This document shows positions 27,580 to 37,069 of a DNA stretch of 64,000 nucleotides, piece after piece. The stretch covers positions 18,969-82,968 of the forward strand of contig JBBAAN010000003.1 in NCBI GenBank assembly GCA_041658225.1. Direction: 5' to 3'. A model generated the notes under the pieces. That model searched no databases. It was not told where the DNA came from and saw only the letters and a program-made list of their open reading frames with translations. Source of the DNA: Actinomycetota bacterium. GTDB taxonomy: Bacteria; Actinomycetota; CALGFH01; JBBAAN01. Each line of letters begins with the position of its first letter. The stretch's first letter is position 1. The position numbers were made by a program, and so were the translations under genes.

Positions 27580-29135
27580 TCCGGGATGCGGTCACGAGCG
27601 TAGACGTCGTCGATCCTCTCGGCGCTCTTGATGATCTCGGCCCGGTCGCCCTTCACGAGCACACTGGCCGGCCGAGGAAGAGCGTTGAAGTTCGACGCCG
27701 ATGACTCCTGGTAGGCGCCGGCTTCGAGGATCGCGATCACGTCCCCCGGCACGACCTCGGGCAGATGCGCCGCCATCACGATCTGGTCCGCGTAGCAGGA
27801 GTGCCCAACGATGTCGGCCGTCAGCGTCAGCGGCTCCTCGGCCTTGTTCGCGACGATGAACGGATGGCGGTTGTGCTCGAGCACGCCTCCCGCGAGGAAG
27901 AAGTAGGTGGTGTCGGTGAGCACCCAGACGTACGGGAACGGTCGCGTCTGTCGCTTGACTACCTTCACCCGCGCAAGATGGATACCCGCATCGCCGTAGA
28001 GTCCCCGACCCGGTTCCGCCTGGAGGCGCACTCCGGTGGCGTCGACTCCCTCTCGTCGCAGCCCCTCCCGCAACGCGGTCGAGATCGTCCTGCCGTACTC
28101 CTCGATGGTCGGCGGGCGCTTCGGCTCCGCGTGCTCCGTGAGCAGCGGGAGCGCTCGTCCCAGGATCCCGTGGTAGGCGCGCTCGCCGAGCCCTCGGAGT
28201 CCGGCCAGAAGGGGATAGCCGAGTGCCATGAGAACGAACTCGGAGCGGGCAAGCTCCTTGTTCATGGGATCGCGGGGGCTGGCCATCCCGCCGCCGACAT
28301 CAATCTCCAAGGGGCGCCATCCGTTCCACGCCCGGCAGAGCTCCCCGATCATGCGCGCGTAGCGATCCATCAAGCCGCGCCAGTACCAGAGGCTCGGATG
28401 ATGTCGACCCGCGTGCAAGTGCAGCCCAACCAGCTCTACGTGCTCCATCCGCAAGACCCGCCGACCCATGTCGACCAGGTACTCGGGAGGGATCCCGGAC
28501 TTGTAGATCTGGACGCCGACGTCGATGGGGACCGACATCTGCGAGAAGTCCGTCCGCCGCCAGAGATTGGGGACGGTGGGCTTCACGCGGAATCGGATCC
28601 GTGCTTTGGCGCCCACCTCGGCCGCGGCCTGCTCGATCAGGTCGATCTCGTGAACATCCTCGACCGTGATCCTGACGCCGGCCTGGATGCACGTCTTCAG
28701 GTAGTCGGGGCTCTTGCCGCCGCCGTTCACCGAGACGCGCTCCGGCTCGATGCCCGTTGCGAGGACTCCGGCGAGCTCTCCAGGGGAGTAAATGTCCGCG
28801 CCGGCTCCTTCCTGCGAGAGAATATGCCGGGTGGCGAGCATCGTGTTCGCCTTGAAGGCCGGCAGTATGTCCACCGGCCCATCCGGCCAGCCCGCCCGGA
28901 GGGCCTCACGGTAGCGTCGCAGGTTCTGACGCAACTGGGAGTCGGACATGACGAAGATCGGGGATCCGAACTGCTCCACAAGGTCCGTCGCATCTCGCTC
29001 TTCCGCGAACAGGCGCCCGTGGCGAACGGACAGGAAATCGGCGGTGGTGGACGCCGGATCCACAGCCGGCCTCCTGGGTCGTCGGCCCAAGTGCGTCTCC
29101 TGTTCGGGTGGCAGCGCTGCGCGCGCGTGCATCAT
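27540..29135 (-). CDS. PLP-dependent decarboxylase of the Orn/DAP/Arg decarboxylase (alanine-racemase fold) family, with a large insertion
   Basis: LVEQFGSPIFVMSDSQLRQNLRRYREAL N-terminal signature; C-terminal ...CYADQIV...LEAGAY.... The likely start is MMHARA at 29135. The ORF-track extension is spurious. Confidence 0.8.
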   Translation of the reverse strand: MMHARAALPPEQETHLGRRPRRPAVDPASTTADFLSVRHGRLFAEERDATDLVEQFGSPIFVMSDSQLRQNLRRYREALRAGWPDGPVDILPAFKANTMLATRHILSQEGAGADIYSPGELAGVLATGIEPERVSVNGGGKSPDYLKTCIQAGVRITVEDVHEIDLIEQAAAEVGAKARIRFRVKPTVPNLWRRTDFSQMSVPIDVGVQIYKSGIPPEYLVDMGRRVLRMEHVELVGLHLHAGRHHPSLWYWRGLMDRYARMIGELCRAWNGWRPLEIDVGGGMASPRDPMNKELARSEFVLMALGYPLLAGLRGLGERAYHGILGRALPLLTEHAEPKRPPTIEEYGRTISTALREGLRREGVDATGVRLQAEPGRGLYGDAGIHLARVKVVKRQTRPFPYVWVLTDTTYFFLAGGVLEHNRHPFIVANKAEEPLTLTADIVGHSCYADQIVMAAHLPEVVPGDVIAILEAGAYQESSASNFNALPRPASVLVKGDRAEIIKSAERIDDVYARDRIPEWLAASAAEVKIS

Positions 29136-29367
29136 GCCGGCATCGTTCGGCCGCATGATAGACGGTGGCGAACGGCAGGTCGAGGGTACTGAGGGGGAGT
29201 CCCCCACTAGGGCCGGACTTGCCCACGGAACTTGCCCCGTGGCAGGGGGCACTCGATTGAGCAGTGTAGGTTGATGTATGGGTTTGCCCTGTTCGCCAAC
29301 GAGGAACTCGTCGCACCCCCCTTGCTCTGGTCTGAGTCACCCTCCACATGAGCGGCCAAGGCACATA

Positions 29368-30942
29368 ATGAAAGCCCAAGACTTGGACCGGACTGAAGGC
29401 GGCATGCCAAAGGACGCCTCGAAACCTCGCGTAGCCCGCCCACTTCCACCGGTAGAGTGGATCGCTGCGGTGGAGGAGGCACAGGCCTGGCTGGCGGCCA
29501 TCGTGGAGTCCTCTGACGACGCGATCATCGGAGTGACGCCGGACAAGATGGTTCTCACCTGGAACGCGGCAGCCGAACGGCTGTATGGCTACACCGCGCA
29601 GGAGATGATCGGCCGGTCGGTCGCGGTACTGGTGCCGCTCGATCGCCAGGACGAAGTCCCCCGGATCATGGAACTGATGCGACGAGGTGAGCGGACCGAG
29701 CACTTCAGGACAGTGCGCGTCCACAAGGACGGACGGCCTATCGACGTATCCATAACCGTCTCGCCCATCAGAGATCGCTCAGGCGGAGTGGTTGCCTCCT
29801 CGATCACGGCCCGGGACATCACCGAGCGCGTGCGGACGGAGAGGGCGCTGGAGGAAAGCGAGGAGCGATATCGCACGATTGTCGAGGCGGCCAACGAGGG
29901 TGTGTGGATGATCGACACGAACTCGAACACCACCTTCGCAAACACCAAGATGGCCGACATGCTCGGCTACACACCCGAGGAGATGGTCGGCGCTTCACTG
30001 TTTCGGTTCATGGACGATGCGGGGCGAGCCATCGCGGCTGAGGACTTGGAGCGCAGACGCCGGGGGATCGCCGAGCAGCACGAGTTCAAGTTCCTTCGCA
30101 AGGATGGCTCCGTGTTGTGGGCGCTGCTGGGCACCCAACCGCTGACTGACGCGGCGGGCGAGTATGCGGGGGCCCTGGCGATGGTCGCCGACATCACCCA
30201 ACTCAAGCGGGCAGAGGAGGCGCGCCAACAAGCGCTCGAGCGCGAGCGCGAATCCGCGGACCGCCTTCGGGCACTCGATGAGACCAAGAACACGTTCCTT
30301 CGCGCCGTTTCCCACGACCTGCGAACACCCCTCACGGTCATTCTGGGCCTGGCGGAGACCCTGAAGCTGCACGGCGCTCGCCTCTCGCACGAGGACGCGG
30401 TGCGCATCACTGAGAGAATCGTGGCCAACGCCGGGCGCATGGAACGAATGATCAGCAACCTCCTGGACTTCGACCGCCTGTCTCATGGAGAGCTTGCGCC
30501 GGACCGACGCCCGGTCGACATCGGGTCCCTTGTGCGAGAGGCGGTTGCTGGGACTGATTCGGAGGGCCGGCCCATCCAAGTGGAGGTGGAAGAAGAAGCG
30601 CTGGTGACCTTCGTCGATCCCGCCCAGGTCGAACGGATCATCGATAACCTGCTTGGCAACGCGCTCCGGTACTCACCTCCCGAGACGTCCATCCGGATTC
30701 GGGTCTGTCGCCGCGACGGCGGGGTGCTCCTCGCTGTCGAAGACTCCGGTCCCGGCGTTCCGGACCACCTCAAGGAGGCAGTATTCGACCTCTTCCGGCA
30801 CGGCGAGGACGTCCGCCCGAAGGGGGCCGGGATCGGTCTGTCCGTGGTGGCCCGGTTCGCGGAACTCCACGGAGGCCGTGCCTGGGTCGAAGACCGCCCC
30901 GGAGGCGGCGCATCGTTCCGAGTCCTCCTGCCCGAGGCTTGA
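29368..30942 (+). CDS. Cytoplasmic PAS-PAS sensor histidine kinase
   Basis: Two PAS domains (IIGVTPDKMVLTWNAAAERLYGY...; VWMIDTNSNTTFANTKMADMLGY...); H-box AVSHDLRTPLTVI; HATPase N/G boxes. Confidence 0.85.
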   Translation: MKAQDLDRTEGGMPKDASKPRVARPLPPVEWIAAVEEAQAWLAAIVESSDDAIIGVTPDKMVLTWNAAAERLYGYTAQEMIGRSVAVLVPLDRQDEVPRIMELMRRGERTEHFRTVRVHKDGRPIDVSITVSPIRDRSGGVVASSITARDITERVRTERALEESEERYRTIVEAANEGVWMIDTNSNTTFANTKMADMLGYTPEEMVGASLFRFMDDAGRAIAAEDLERRRRGIAEQHEFKFLRKDGSVLWALLGTQPLTDAAGEYAGALAMVADITQLKRAEEARQQALERERESADRLRALDETKNTFLRAVSHDLRTPLTVILGLAETLKLHGARLSHEDAVRITERIVANAGRMERMISNLLDFDRLSHGELAPDRRPVDIGSLVREAVAGTDSEGRPIQVEVEEEALVTFVDPAQVERIIDNLLGNALRYSPPETSIRIRVCRRDGGVLLAVEDSGPGVPDHLKEAVFDLFRHGEDVRPKGAGIGLSVVARFAELHGGRAWVEDRPGGGASFRVLLPEA

Positions 30943-31181
30943 GCCGCGACAGACTCCAGGATCTTCGGGTCCCCCAACTGCGCGGCGGCGTGGGCAGCAA
31001 ATGCGGCGGCGCGCGCCTCGCTCAAGGCTATCTCACCACGCACCCAGGCACGCCCTGCTTCGACAGCCTTCCGAGGTCGGTTGCCTTTCGGGTACTTCTC
31101 CTCGAAACACGGGAGTACGTGCTCGGCGCAGTCTGTGGCCCAGAGCACCAACGACCCGTGGTCCCGCTTGTCCGGCCTCAT
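30943..31181 (-). pseudogene. N-terminal fragment (~79 aa) of an Imm-like helical-repeat protein; the reading frame continues antisense into the PAS-kinase 3' end, so the gene looks truncated or remnant
   Basis: MRPDKRDHGSLVLWATDCAEHVLPCFEEKYPKGNRPRKAVEAGRAWVRGEIALSEARAAAFAAHAAAQ resembles the N-terminus of a conserved actinobacterial family of small alpha-helical proteins. It then diverges where the kinase coding sequence begins. Confidence 0.3.
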
Positions 31182-31337
31182 TCCTCTTCCTCTTTCTTCT
31201 CCATCTGCCCTCTATGGGGTGTCGGCCAACGCCGGGCTGCGGCCCCCTCGCGACCCCCCACTCCGAGAAGGTGTCGGCGACGACGGAGCACCGGCGGCCT
31301 TCAAGGCCGCGACCAACGCTCGAAACGCCGACCAAGT

Positions 31338-31373
31338 CCCAAGCGAACGCCCAAGCGAACGCCCAAGCGGACG
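31338..31373. repeat. 3 x 12-bp tandem repeat (cccaagcgaacg) in an intergenic region
   Basis: Seen in the sequence. Confidence 0.5.
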
Positions 31374-31690
31374 GCGCGAAGGCGTGGCGGTCAGGTGAAG
31401 GTCAGAGCCGCATACGGGATGGGGCCCCAAGCGTCCCACACGCGGGCTCCTCACAGGAGGCGCCGTTCGGGTCGATGGTGAACAGCAGAGGCGCCGATCG
31501 CGAAGCGGCAGAAGACCGCACAGGCCATGCCTTTGGCCTGCCGTTCTGTTTGTGGACCCAGCTTCCCATAATACGAACCTTTCTGAGGGGCTCGGCCTGG
31601 CCGCTCCGCCACTGCGTGTGGCCTGGACAGACGGCCGACGCGTCTAAGCGAACTGACTAGCGGCGTGGCCACACCCTCCTCCGGACTCTA

Positions 31691-31719
31691 CTTGATCTGT
31701 ACGCCCATGGTGCGTACAC
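31691..31719 (+). promoter_or_regulatory. Putative tacA promoter (TTGATC, 17-nt spacer, TACACT) overlapping a GTACGC-N7-GCGTAC inverted repeat (candidate antitoxin operator)
   Basis: Seen in the sequence, 30 nt upstream of the tacA ATG and its GGAGG RBS. Confidence 0.4.
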
Positions 31720-31749
31720 TCGGTGCCGGGACGACGTATGGAGGGAATC

Positions 31750-32040
31750 ATGACACCGCGAAGCCCACACGCCCTGAAAGCCGAGCGCCTGCATCTGCGT
31801 GCCACCGAGGATCAGGCAGAAATGATCGAAAGAGCGGCAGAGGCAACCGCCAAGACCGTCAGCGCCTTCGTGCTCGACGCCGCCGGCCTTGAGGCTCAGC
31901 GTGTCCTCGCCGACCGTCGCCGCTTCATGCTGGATCCCGAGCAGTGGAAGCGCTTCGTGGAACTCCTGGACCGTCCGGCGACCCCCAAACCGCGCCTGCA
32001 CCGGCTTGTTCGCCAGCCAGGCGCGCTCGACCAGACGTGA
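31750..32040 (+). CDS. DUF1778 (RHH) antitoxin of a TacA/TacT-type module
   Basis: MTPRSPHALKAERLHLRATEDQAEMIERAAEATAKTVSAFVLDAA...; GGAGG RBS 5 nt upstream. Confidence 0.75.
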   Translation: MTPRSPHALKAERLHLRATEDQAEMIERAAEATAKTVSAFVLDAAGLEAQRVLADRRRFMLDPEQWKRFVELLDRPATPKPRLHRLVRQPGALDQT

Positions 32041-32540
32041 GTTCCGTCTCCGCGGTCGAGCCCCTGAACGACAGCCACAGAACGGACGCCTTCGATTGCG
32101 GCAAACCAGAACTGACCATCTGGCTTCGCCGACACGCCTTGAACAGCCAGCGGGCGGAGACCGCACGTACATATGTCGTGCACCGGGACCTCAGGGTGGT
32201 CGGCTACTACTCGCTTGCCGCCGGAAGCGTCGAGCACGCACGGGCACCGGCGCGTGCGGCCAAGGGCATCGCCCGGCACCCGATCCCAGTGATCCTTCTG
32301 GCCCGCCTGGCGGTGGACACCGCAGAGCAGGGCCGAGGGCTGGGAGCTGCACTGCTCAAGGACGCACTCATCCGAGTGGCCGGCGCGGCGGACGAGATCG
32401 GTGCTCGGGCGCTTTTGGTTCATGCCCAAGATGAGGAAGCGCGGTCCTTCTACGAGCGGTTCGACTTCGACCCCTCCCCCGCAGATCCCTTGCACCTTCT
32501 ACTGCTGATGAAGGACCTCCGGAAGGCAATCGGCCGCTGA
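32037..32540 (+). CDS. GNAT-family acetyltransferase toxin (TacT-like)
   Basis: The GTG start overlaps the antitoxin stop (GTGA). ...PLNDSHRTDAFDCGKPELTIWLRRHAL...RTYVV... is a typical TacT N-terminus. Confidence 0.75.
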   Translation: MSSVSAVEPLNDSHRTDAFDCGKPELTIWLRRHALNSQRAETARTYVVHRDLRVVGYYSLAAGSVEHARAPARAAKGIARHPIPVILLARLAVDTAEQGRGLGAALLKDALIRVAGAADEIGARALLVHAQDEEARSFYERFDFDPSPADPLHLLLLMKDLRKAIGR

Positions 32541-32649
32541 GGCCAAGAGCAGGAAGGGGCGGACGTCGTCCAGGCCGAGACGGCGCACTCCCTTCGTTGT
32601 TCCTGCTCGGTGGCCTGCGTGTTCCAAATTCGTGTTATGGCCTGTTGGG

Positions 32650-32723
32650 TGGGCCCGGCAGGGATCGAACCTGCGACCGGCGGATTATGAGTCCGCTGCT
32701 CTTACCAGCTGAGCTACGGGCCC
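32650..32723 (-). tRNA. tRNA-Met (CAT anticodon; elongator-type, or tRNA-Ile2 if lysidinylated), CCA not fully encoded
   Basis: Reverse complement GGGCCCGUAGCUCAGCUGGUAAGAGCAGCGGACUCAUAAUCCGCCGGUCGCAGGUUCGAUCCCUGCCGGGCCCA gives a perfect cloverleaf. The anticodon stem lacks the 3 G:C pairs of an initiator. Confidence 0.85.
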
Positions 32724-32728
32724 GGCGA
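32683..32728. repeat. Direct repeat copy 1 (46 bp; 5' half of tRNA-Met plus 5 nt upstream)
   Basis: Matches 36802-36847 at 45 of 46 positions. Confidence 0.6.
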
Positions 32729-33030
32729 ACGCATTATGCCTGCCCAGATGGCGTATGTGCCATCCCACAGCGAAGACTCCTGCCCCTCCAAGCTCTCGGC
32801 CGCGTCTGCGCCTTCTCGGGCACCTGCCATCGCACGAAAGGCCATCGAAGAAGCCGGACCTTGACATACCTGGGACAGCGGGCGCGATCTCCGGCCCCTT
32901 CCTCGCGGCGGACTGACTTTCCCTCCCCGCTGCTGCTTCCCTAGTGAAGTAGCCACGACGCCAAACGGCTTCCCGGCGTCAACATGACCGAGGGGGTCTC
33001 GGCGCTGCGCAGGTGGTGTCCAGGGTGCCT

Positions 33031-33813
33031 CTATTGCGTGTTGTCGCCGGACCTCAATTGCCAGGCCGTCACAGCGACGCCCGCCGCGAATGTCAGCACC
33101 AGCACCATCAGGCTGCCGATTGGCAGCCTCTCGACCCTCGGCCCCGCCACACCCGCGAACAGCGGCACGATCGACCAAGGGACCCACTTTCCCCACCCCG
33201 TCGCGCCGAAGACCATGCCCAGCACCAGCATGAAGATGGTGAAGCCCAGCGGTGCCAAGTAGCCTCGGCCGACGGTCGCGACCCAGGCCACGACCGGCAC
33301 GAGCAGCCAGGCACCAAGCGCCGCAAGGAGTATGTCGGCAACCGACGTGACCGCGAGCGACGCGGAGAGGCCCGGAAGTCCCATGAGCAGGCAGACCACG
33401 AAGCCCTCGACGATGAGCCACACGGTCAGGATCCCGAACCACACGAGCACCACCGCAAGTTTCGCGACGGCGAACCAGTGCCGGCCGACCGGCAGCGCAA
33501 GCAGGTTCTTCGCGGTACCTTCAGAGTACTCGCGCCCGAAGACGTAGGCCGCAATCACCGAAACCAGGATCATCCCGCCAATCCCCGTCGTCTGCAGAAG
33601 AAGCTTGAAGAAGCTCGGCCAGTCGGCGGTGAAGCCCGCGAACTGCGTCTTCTGGCCCAACAGCCCGAGCTTCGCGGCGCGCTCAGGCTCTCTCACGATC
33701 CACATGAACAGCGCACCGACCAGCGGGATGATGGAGAGGGCGACCCAGGACAGCCATGTGATCAGACTGCGTCGCAGCTTCAAGAACTCGGTGGCCAGGA
33801 CTCGCGCGAACAT
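33031..33813 (-). CDS. ABC-2 family transporter permease
   Basis: Six hydrophobic helices; the ATG overlaps the ATPase stop (ATGA). Confidence 0.75.
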   Translation of the reverse strand: MFARVLATEFLKLRRSLITWLSWVALSIIPLVGALFMWIVREPERAAKLGLLGQKTQFAGFTADWPSFFKLLLQTTGIGGMILVSVIAAYVFGREYSEGTAKNLLALPVGRHWFAVAKLAVVLVWFGILTVWLIVEGFVVCLLMGLPGLSASLAVTSVADILLAALGAWLLVPVVAWVATVGRGYLAPLGFTIFMLVLGMVFGATGWGKWVPWSIVPLFAGVAGPRVERLPIGSLMVLVLTFAAGVAVTAWQLRSGDNTQ

Positions 33814-34730
33814 CAGGTCCGGCCCCCTGTCTGCCGCATGAAGTGCGCCTCGAGGTCCTCTTCTGTAAGACACAGACGCGTCAGATCGAGGCCATCCTCG
33901 ACGAGAGCCCGTGCGATTGCCGCAGTGCGATCCAGGCCGTCGAGCACGCGAAGACTACCCTCCGCTGTGCGCTCCACCTGCTTCATCCCGAGGCGCTCAG
34001 CAAGCAGCGTCACGGCCCGGTCCGTGTTTGACACGACAATATCCAGGTACGTGCGGGACCGTGCGCGCAGTTCCTCATAGCCAAGATCCTCGATGAGCCG
34101 CCCGGCGTGCACGATACCGATGCGATCGGCAAGATGCGCCACTTCCGCGAGGATGTGGCTCGACAGGAAGACGGTGACGCCGTGCTCGTCGGCTAGACAC
34201 CGCAAGAGATCGCGGACCTCGACGATACCGGCAGGGTCCAGCCCGTTGGCTGGCTCATCCAGCACCAGCACATCGGGACGATGCAGGAGCGCTCGGGCGA
34301 GCGCGAGCCGCTGCTTGTTGCCAAGTGAGAGATGTCCGGCGCGGCGGTCCGCGTACTCCTCGAGACGCATGAGCCCGATGGCCTCGGCGACGGCTTCGCG
34401 CGGCGCGCGGGTCAGGCGGCGCTGGATGTCGAGGTTCTCGCGCACGGTGAGGTTCGGGTAGGCGGTTGCCGTCTCGACCAGAGCGCCGACGCGTCCGAAC
34501 ACGATCTGTTCGCCTCGCACGACGCGGGTGCCCAGCATCGTGACCTCGCCGGCGGACGGCTGGATGAGGCCGAGCAGCATGCGGATGGTCGTCGTCTTGC
34601 CCGCGCCGTTTCGACCCAGGAAGGAGTAGATCTCACCGCGGTGAACGCTCAGATCGATCCCGTCCACGGCGCGCACATCCCCGTAGTGCTTGGCCAGGCC
34701 GTGAGTAGCGATCACGGTCTCAGCCGGCAC
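33813..34730 (-). CDS. ABC transporter ATP-binding protein (ABC-2/drug-export type)
   Basis: Walker A GRNGAGKTT; signature LSLGNKQRLALA; Walker B LVLDEP. Confidence 0.9.
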   Translation of the reverse strand: MPAETVIATHGLAKHYGDVRAVDGIDLSVHRGEIYSFLGRNGAGKTTTIRMLLGLIQPSAGEVTMLGTRVVRGEQIVFGRVGALVETATAYPNLTVRENLDIQRRLTRAPREAVAEAIGLMRLEEYADRRAGHLSLGNKQRLALARALLHRPDVLVLDEPANGLDPAGIVEVRDLLRCLADEHGVTVFLSSHILAEVAHLADRIGIVHAGRLIEDLGYEELRARSRTYLDIVVSNTDRAVTLLAERLGMKQVERTAEGSLRVLDGLDRTAAIARALVEDGLDLTRLCLTEEDLEAHFMRQTGGRT

Positions 34731-35367
34731 GGCGCCTCTCCGCTACCCTCTTGCGGGTGGCCGGGACCGGCGTCGGCTTGGCGTGTCCGAGGGTGCGCAG
34801 CGCGCACTCCATCGCAGCCGCAGCAACGGCACGTTGACCGGCAAGATCGGTGAAACCACGCTCGAAAGCGTGCAGTCCGCCAAGGACAAACCAGGCCGCG
34901 ACGCGCGGGTTGTCGGCGACGAAGACACCTTCCGCCACACCCTGCTTCACGATCTCCTCGACTAGAGGTGCGAGCCGAAGTGAGATCCGCTCGGCCATCT
35001 GGTCGTGAACTTCGCGGTTCTCAGGGCCGTGATAGGCGCCGGCGATTTCCCGTGCCGTCGGGTCCTCGGCAGTGACCAGCAGGGCGTCGCGCAGCACGAG
35101 CAACTTGGCGACGGCCCCCGCGCGGGCCGCGGCCACGGAACGCTCGATCGCACCGACCATTTCATCGCCTATGTGCTCGGCCACGGCGTTGACGATGTCA
35201 GCCTTGCTGTCGAAGTAAAGGTAGAAGGTCCCCTGCGCCACGCCGGCTGCCTTGACGATGTCGCTCACCGCGGCCTTGGCCACCCCCTTCTCCACGAAGA
35301 TCTTCGCGGCTGCGGCAACCAGTTCGCCTCGTCGTGCTTCAGGATCTGTTCGTCGTTTGGTACTCAC
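34720..35367 (-). CDS. TetR-family transcriptional regulator
   Basis: ...AVSDIVKAAGVAQGTFYLYFDSKADI... HTH. Confidence 0.85.
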   Translation of the reverse strand: MSTKRRTDPEARRGELVAAAAKIFVEKGVAKAAVSDIVKAAGVAQGTFYLYFDSKADIVNAVAEHIGDEMVGAIERSVAAARAGAVAKLLVLRDALLVTAEDPTAREIAGAYHGPENREVHDQMAERISLRLAPLVEEIVKQGVAEGVFVADNPRVAAWFVLGGLHAFERGFTDLAGQRAVAAAAMECALRTLGHAKPTPVPATRKRVAERRRAG

Positions 35368-35564
35368 CGGCGCTCCACAAAGAGGGCTGACTGATCGTCA
35401 GTCAGCGTACTCGACCCCCCGGAGCCGGTCAAGAAGTCAGCCATCGACTCCCAGGGAGCGCGGGGGCGCAAAGCCCAGACCCGCTGCTGCCAGGCGAACT
35501 CAGGTACCAGCACGCGTGGGCTGCAGTCTGTAGGCGTCGAGAGGAAGCCGCCCGCTTTCGGCAA

Positions 35565-35616
35565 GTTGTTCGGAACAATTAGATGGCCTTGAACCGAACA
35601 ACTCTCGTGATACTAT
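35565..35616 (+). promoter_or_regulatory. fic promoter (TTGAAC, 16-nt spacer, TACTAT; leaderless, ATG at 35624) overlapped by the inverted repeat GTTGTTCGG-N20-CCGAACAAC
   Basis: Seen in the sequence, in the divergent region between tetR and fic. Confidence 0.4.
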
Positions 35617-35623
35617 CCAAGTC

Positions 35624-36622
35624 ATGAAGAAGCCCGGGCGCCCCCGGCGAGACGAGGTCTACAAGCGGCTGGAGGCAGCCGTAGAAGAGCTTCGTCATCG
35701 GTTCGGGGGGCTCCCATCGCCGACAGAAGCCCCCGACATCTGGAAGGACATCTGGTTCCAGGAGGCTCACAACTCCACCGCGATCGAGGGCAACACCCTC
35801 GTGCTCAAGCAGGTCGCGGCGCTTCTTACAGAGGGACGAGCGGTGGGCAACAAGCAGCTCGGAGAGTATGTGGAGGTCCGCGGATACGCGGATGCTGCCC
35901 AATGGGTGTATGGACAGGCGATTGAACCCGATTCCCGGACCGGCGGCCATCTGCTGACCCTTGCGGAAATCAGGCACGTGCACCACATCGCGCTTCAGCC
36001 AGTCTGGGACGTCGCTCCCCACCCGGATGCCACTGAGCGCGAGAGGCCCGGCAGCTTCCGAGAGCACGACATCCAGCGCTTTCCGGGCGGGATGGCGCCG
36101 CCGCCATGGACCGACGTGCCGGCCTTGATGAAGGACTGGCTGGACGATGTGAGAACGCTGCGGAAGCGCACGGGCCAAGAAGTCGAGCGTGTGGCGGATC
36201 TGCATGCGCGGTTCGAGCGTATCCACCCCTTCCTCGACGGAAACGGAAGGGTGGGAAGGCTCGTCACGAACCTCGTCTTGATTCGAACCGGGTATCCGCC
36301 GGCCATCGTTCTCAAACGAGACCGAATCCGGTACCTGGCCGCGCTCCGCCGCGCAGACTCCGGTGACGCGGGCGCCCTCGGCGAGCTCCTCGCGCGCGCC
36401 ATCATCGACAACCTCTACCGGTTCATTGTGCCTGCGGTGGCCGGCCCAGCGCGGCTGGTTCCACTCGCGGCGCTTGCCGACAAACGAGCCAGCTCAAACG
36501 CGCTGCGTGTGGCCGCGATCCGAGGCCGACTCCGCGCCCAGCGAGGCACCGACGGCCAGTGGAGGAGTTCGCGACGTTGGGTCGACGAGTACTTGAGAAC
36601 GCGCTACAAGCGCGAGCCATAG
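35624..36622 (+). CDS. Fic/Doc-family protein (adenylyltransferase-type; HPFxDGNGR motif)
   Basis: HPFLDGNGRVGRLVTNLVL core motif; 332 aa. Confidence 0.85.
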   Translation: MKKPGRPRRDEVYKRLEAAVEELRHRFGGLPSPTEAPDIWKDIWFQEAHNSTAIEGNTLVLKQVAALLTEGRAVGNKQLGEYVEVRGYADAAQWVYGQAIEPDSRTGGHLLTLAEIRHVHHIALQPVWDVAPHPDATERERPGSFREHDIQRFPGGMAPPPWTDVPALMKDWLDDVRTLRKRTGQEVERVADLHARFERIHPFLDGNGRVGRLVTNLVLIRTGYPPAIVLKRDRIRYLAALRRADSGDAGALGELLARAIIDNLYRFIVPAVAGPARLVPLAALADKRASSNALRVAAIRGRLRAQRGTDGQWRSSRRWVDEYLRTRYKREP

Positions 36623-36801
36623 CCTCCCTGGCCAAGAGCTCCTGCCTTGAGCAGCGGTGGGAAGGCGGACCGTTTGGGGGCCGCGCCAGGGCCGCATGAG
36701 AGCGTCGAACGCTGCAAACCAACGACAGTCCTCCAACCCAGAACGCCAGGCCAGAGGCCCTTTTCGATCGGAATCCCTACCCTCGCGAGTCACCCTGCCC
36801 A

Positions 36802-36847
36802 GATTATGAGTCCGCTGCTCTAACCAGCTGAGCTACGGGCCCGGCGA
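36802..36847 (-). repeat. Degenerate partial tRNA-Met copy (5' half only; direct repeat copy 2). This is a pseudo-tRNA that cannot form a cloverleaf
   Basis: gattatgagtccgctgctctaaccagctgagctacgggcccggcga matches copy 1 with one mismatch. The downstream sequence lacks the anticodon-stem 3' side, the T-arm and the acceptor 3' strand. The ~45 nt upstream are about 70% similar to the region upstream of the intact tRNA. Confidence 0.6.
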
Positions 36848-37069
36848 TTCCACTATGCCTGCTCAGAGGGGGTGTGCGCCATTTCGGAACCCGGTCACCG
36901 TGTCCCCTTCCCATCCGCGTGGGCCGCATTTGGGCCGCGACAACTCGCCGCCCGCTTTTTCGAGGCGACTTGCTCGGAACCCCAGCGCCCCAACGGTTTC
37001 ACGCAACCTGCCTCCCAGCACACCCGCCTCTAGGGTTCCGAGGTCCGATGCGCTTCCGGCGCGAGTCGG

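Noticed and set aside
36790-36847. A second complete tRNA-Met gene
   Set aside because: Only the 5' half matches. The downstream sequence cannot form the anticodon-stem 3' strand, the T-arm or the acceptor 3' strand, so it is a fragment or pseudo-tRNA.
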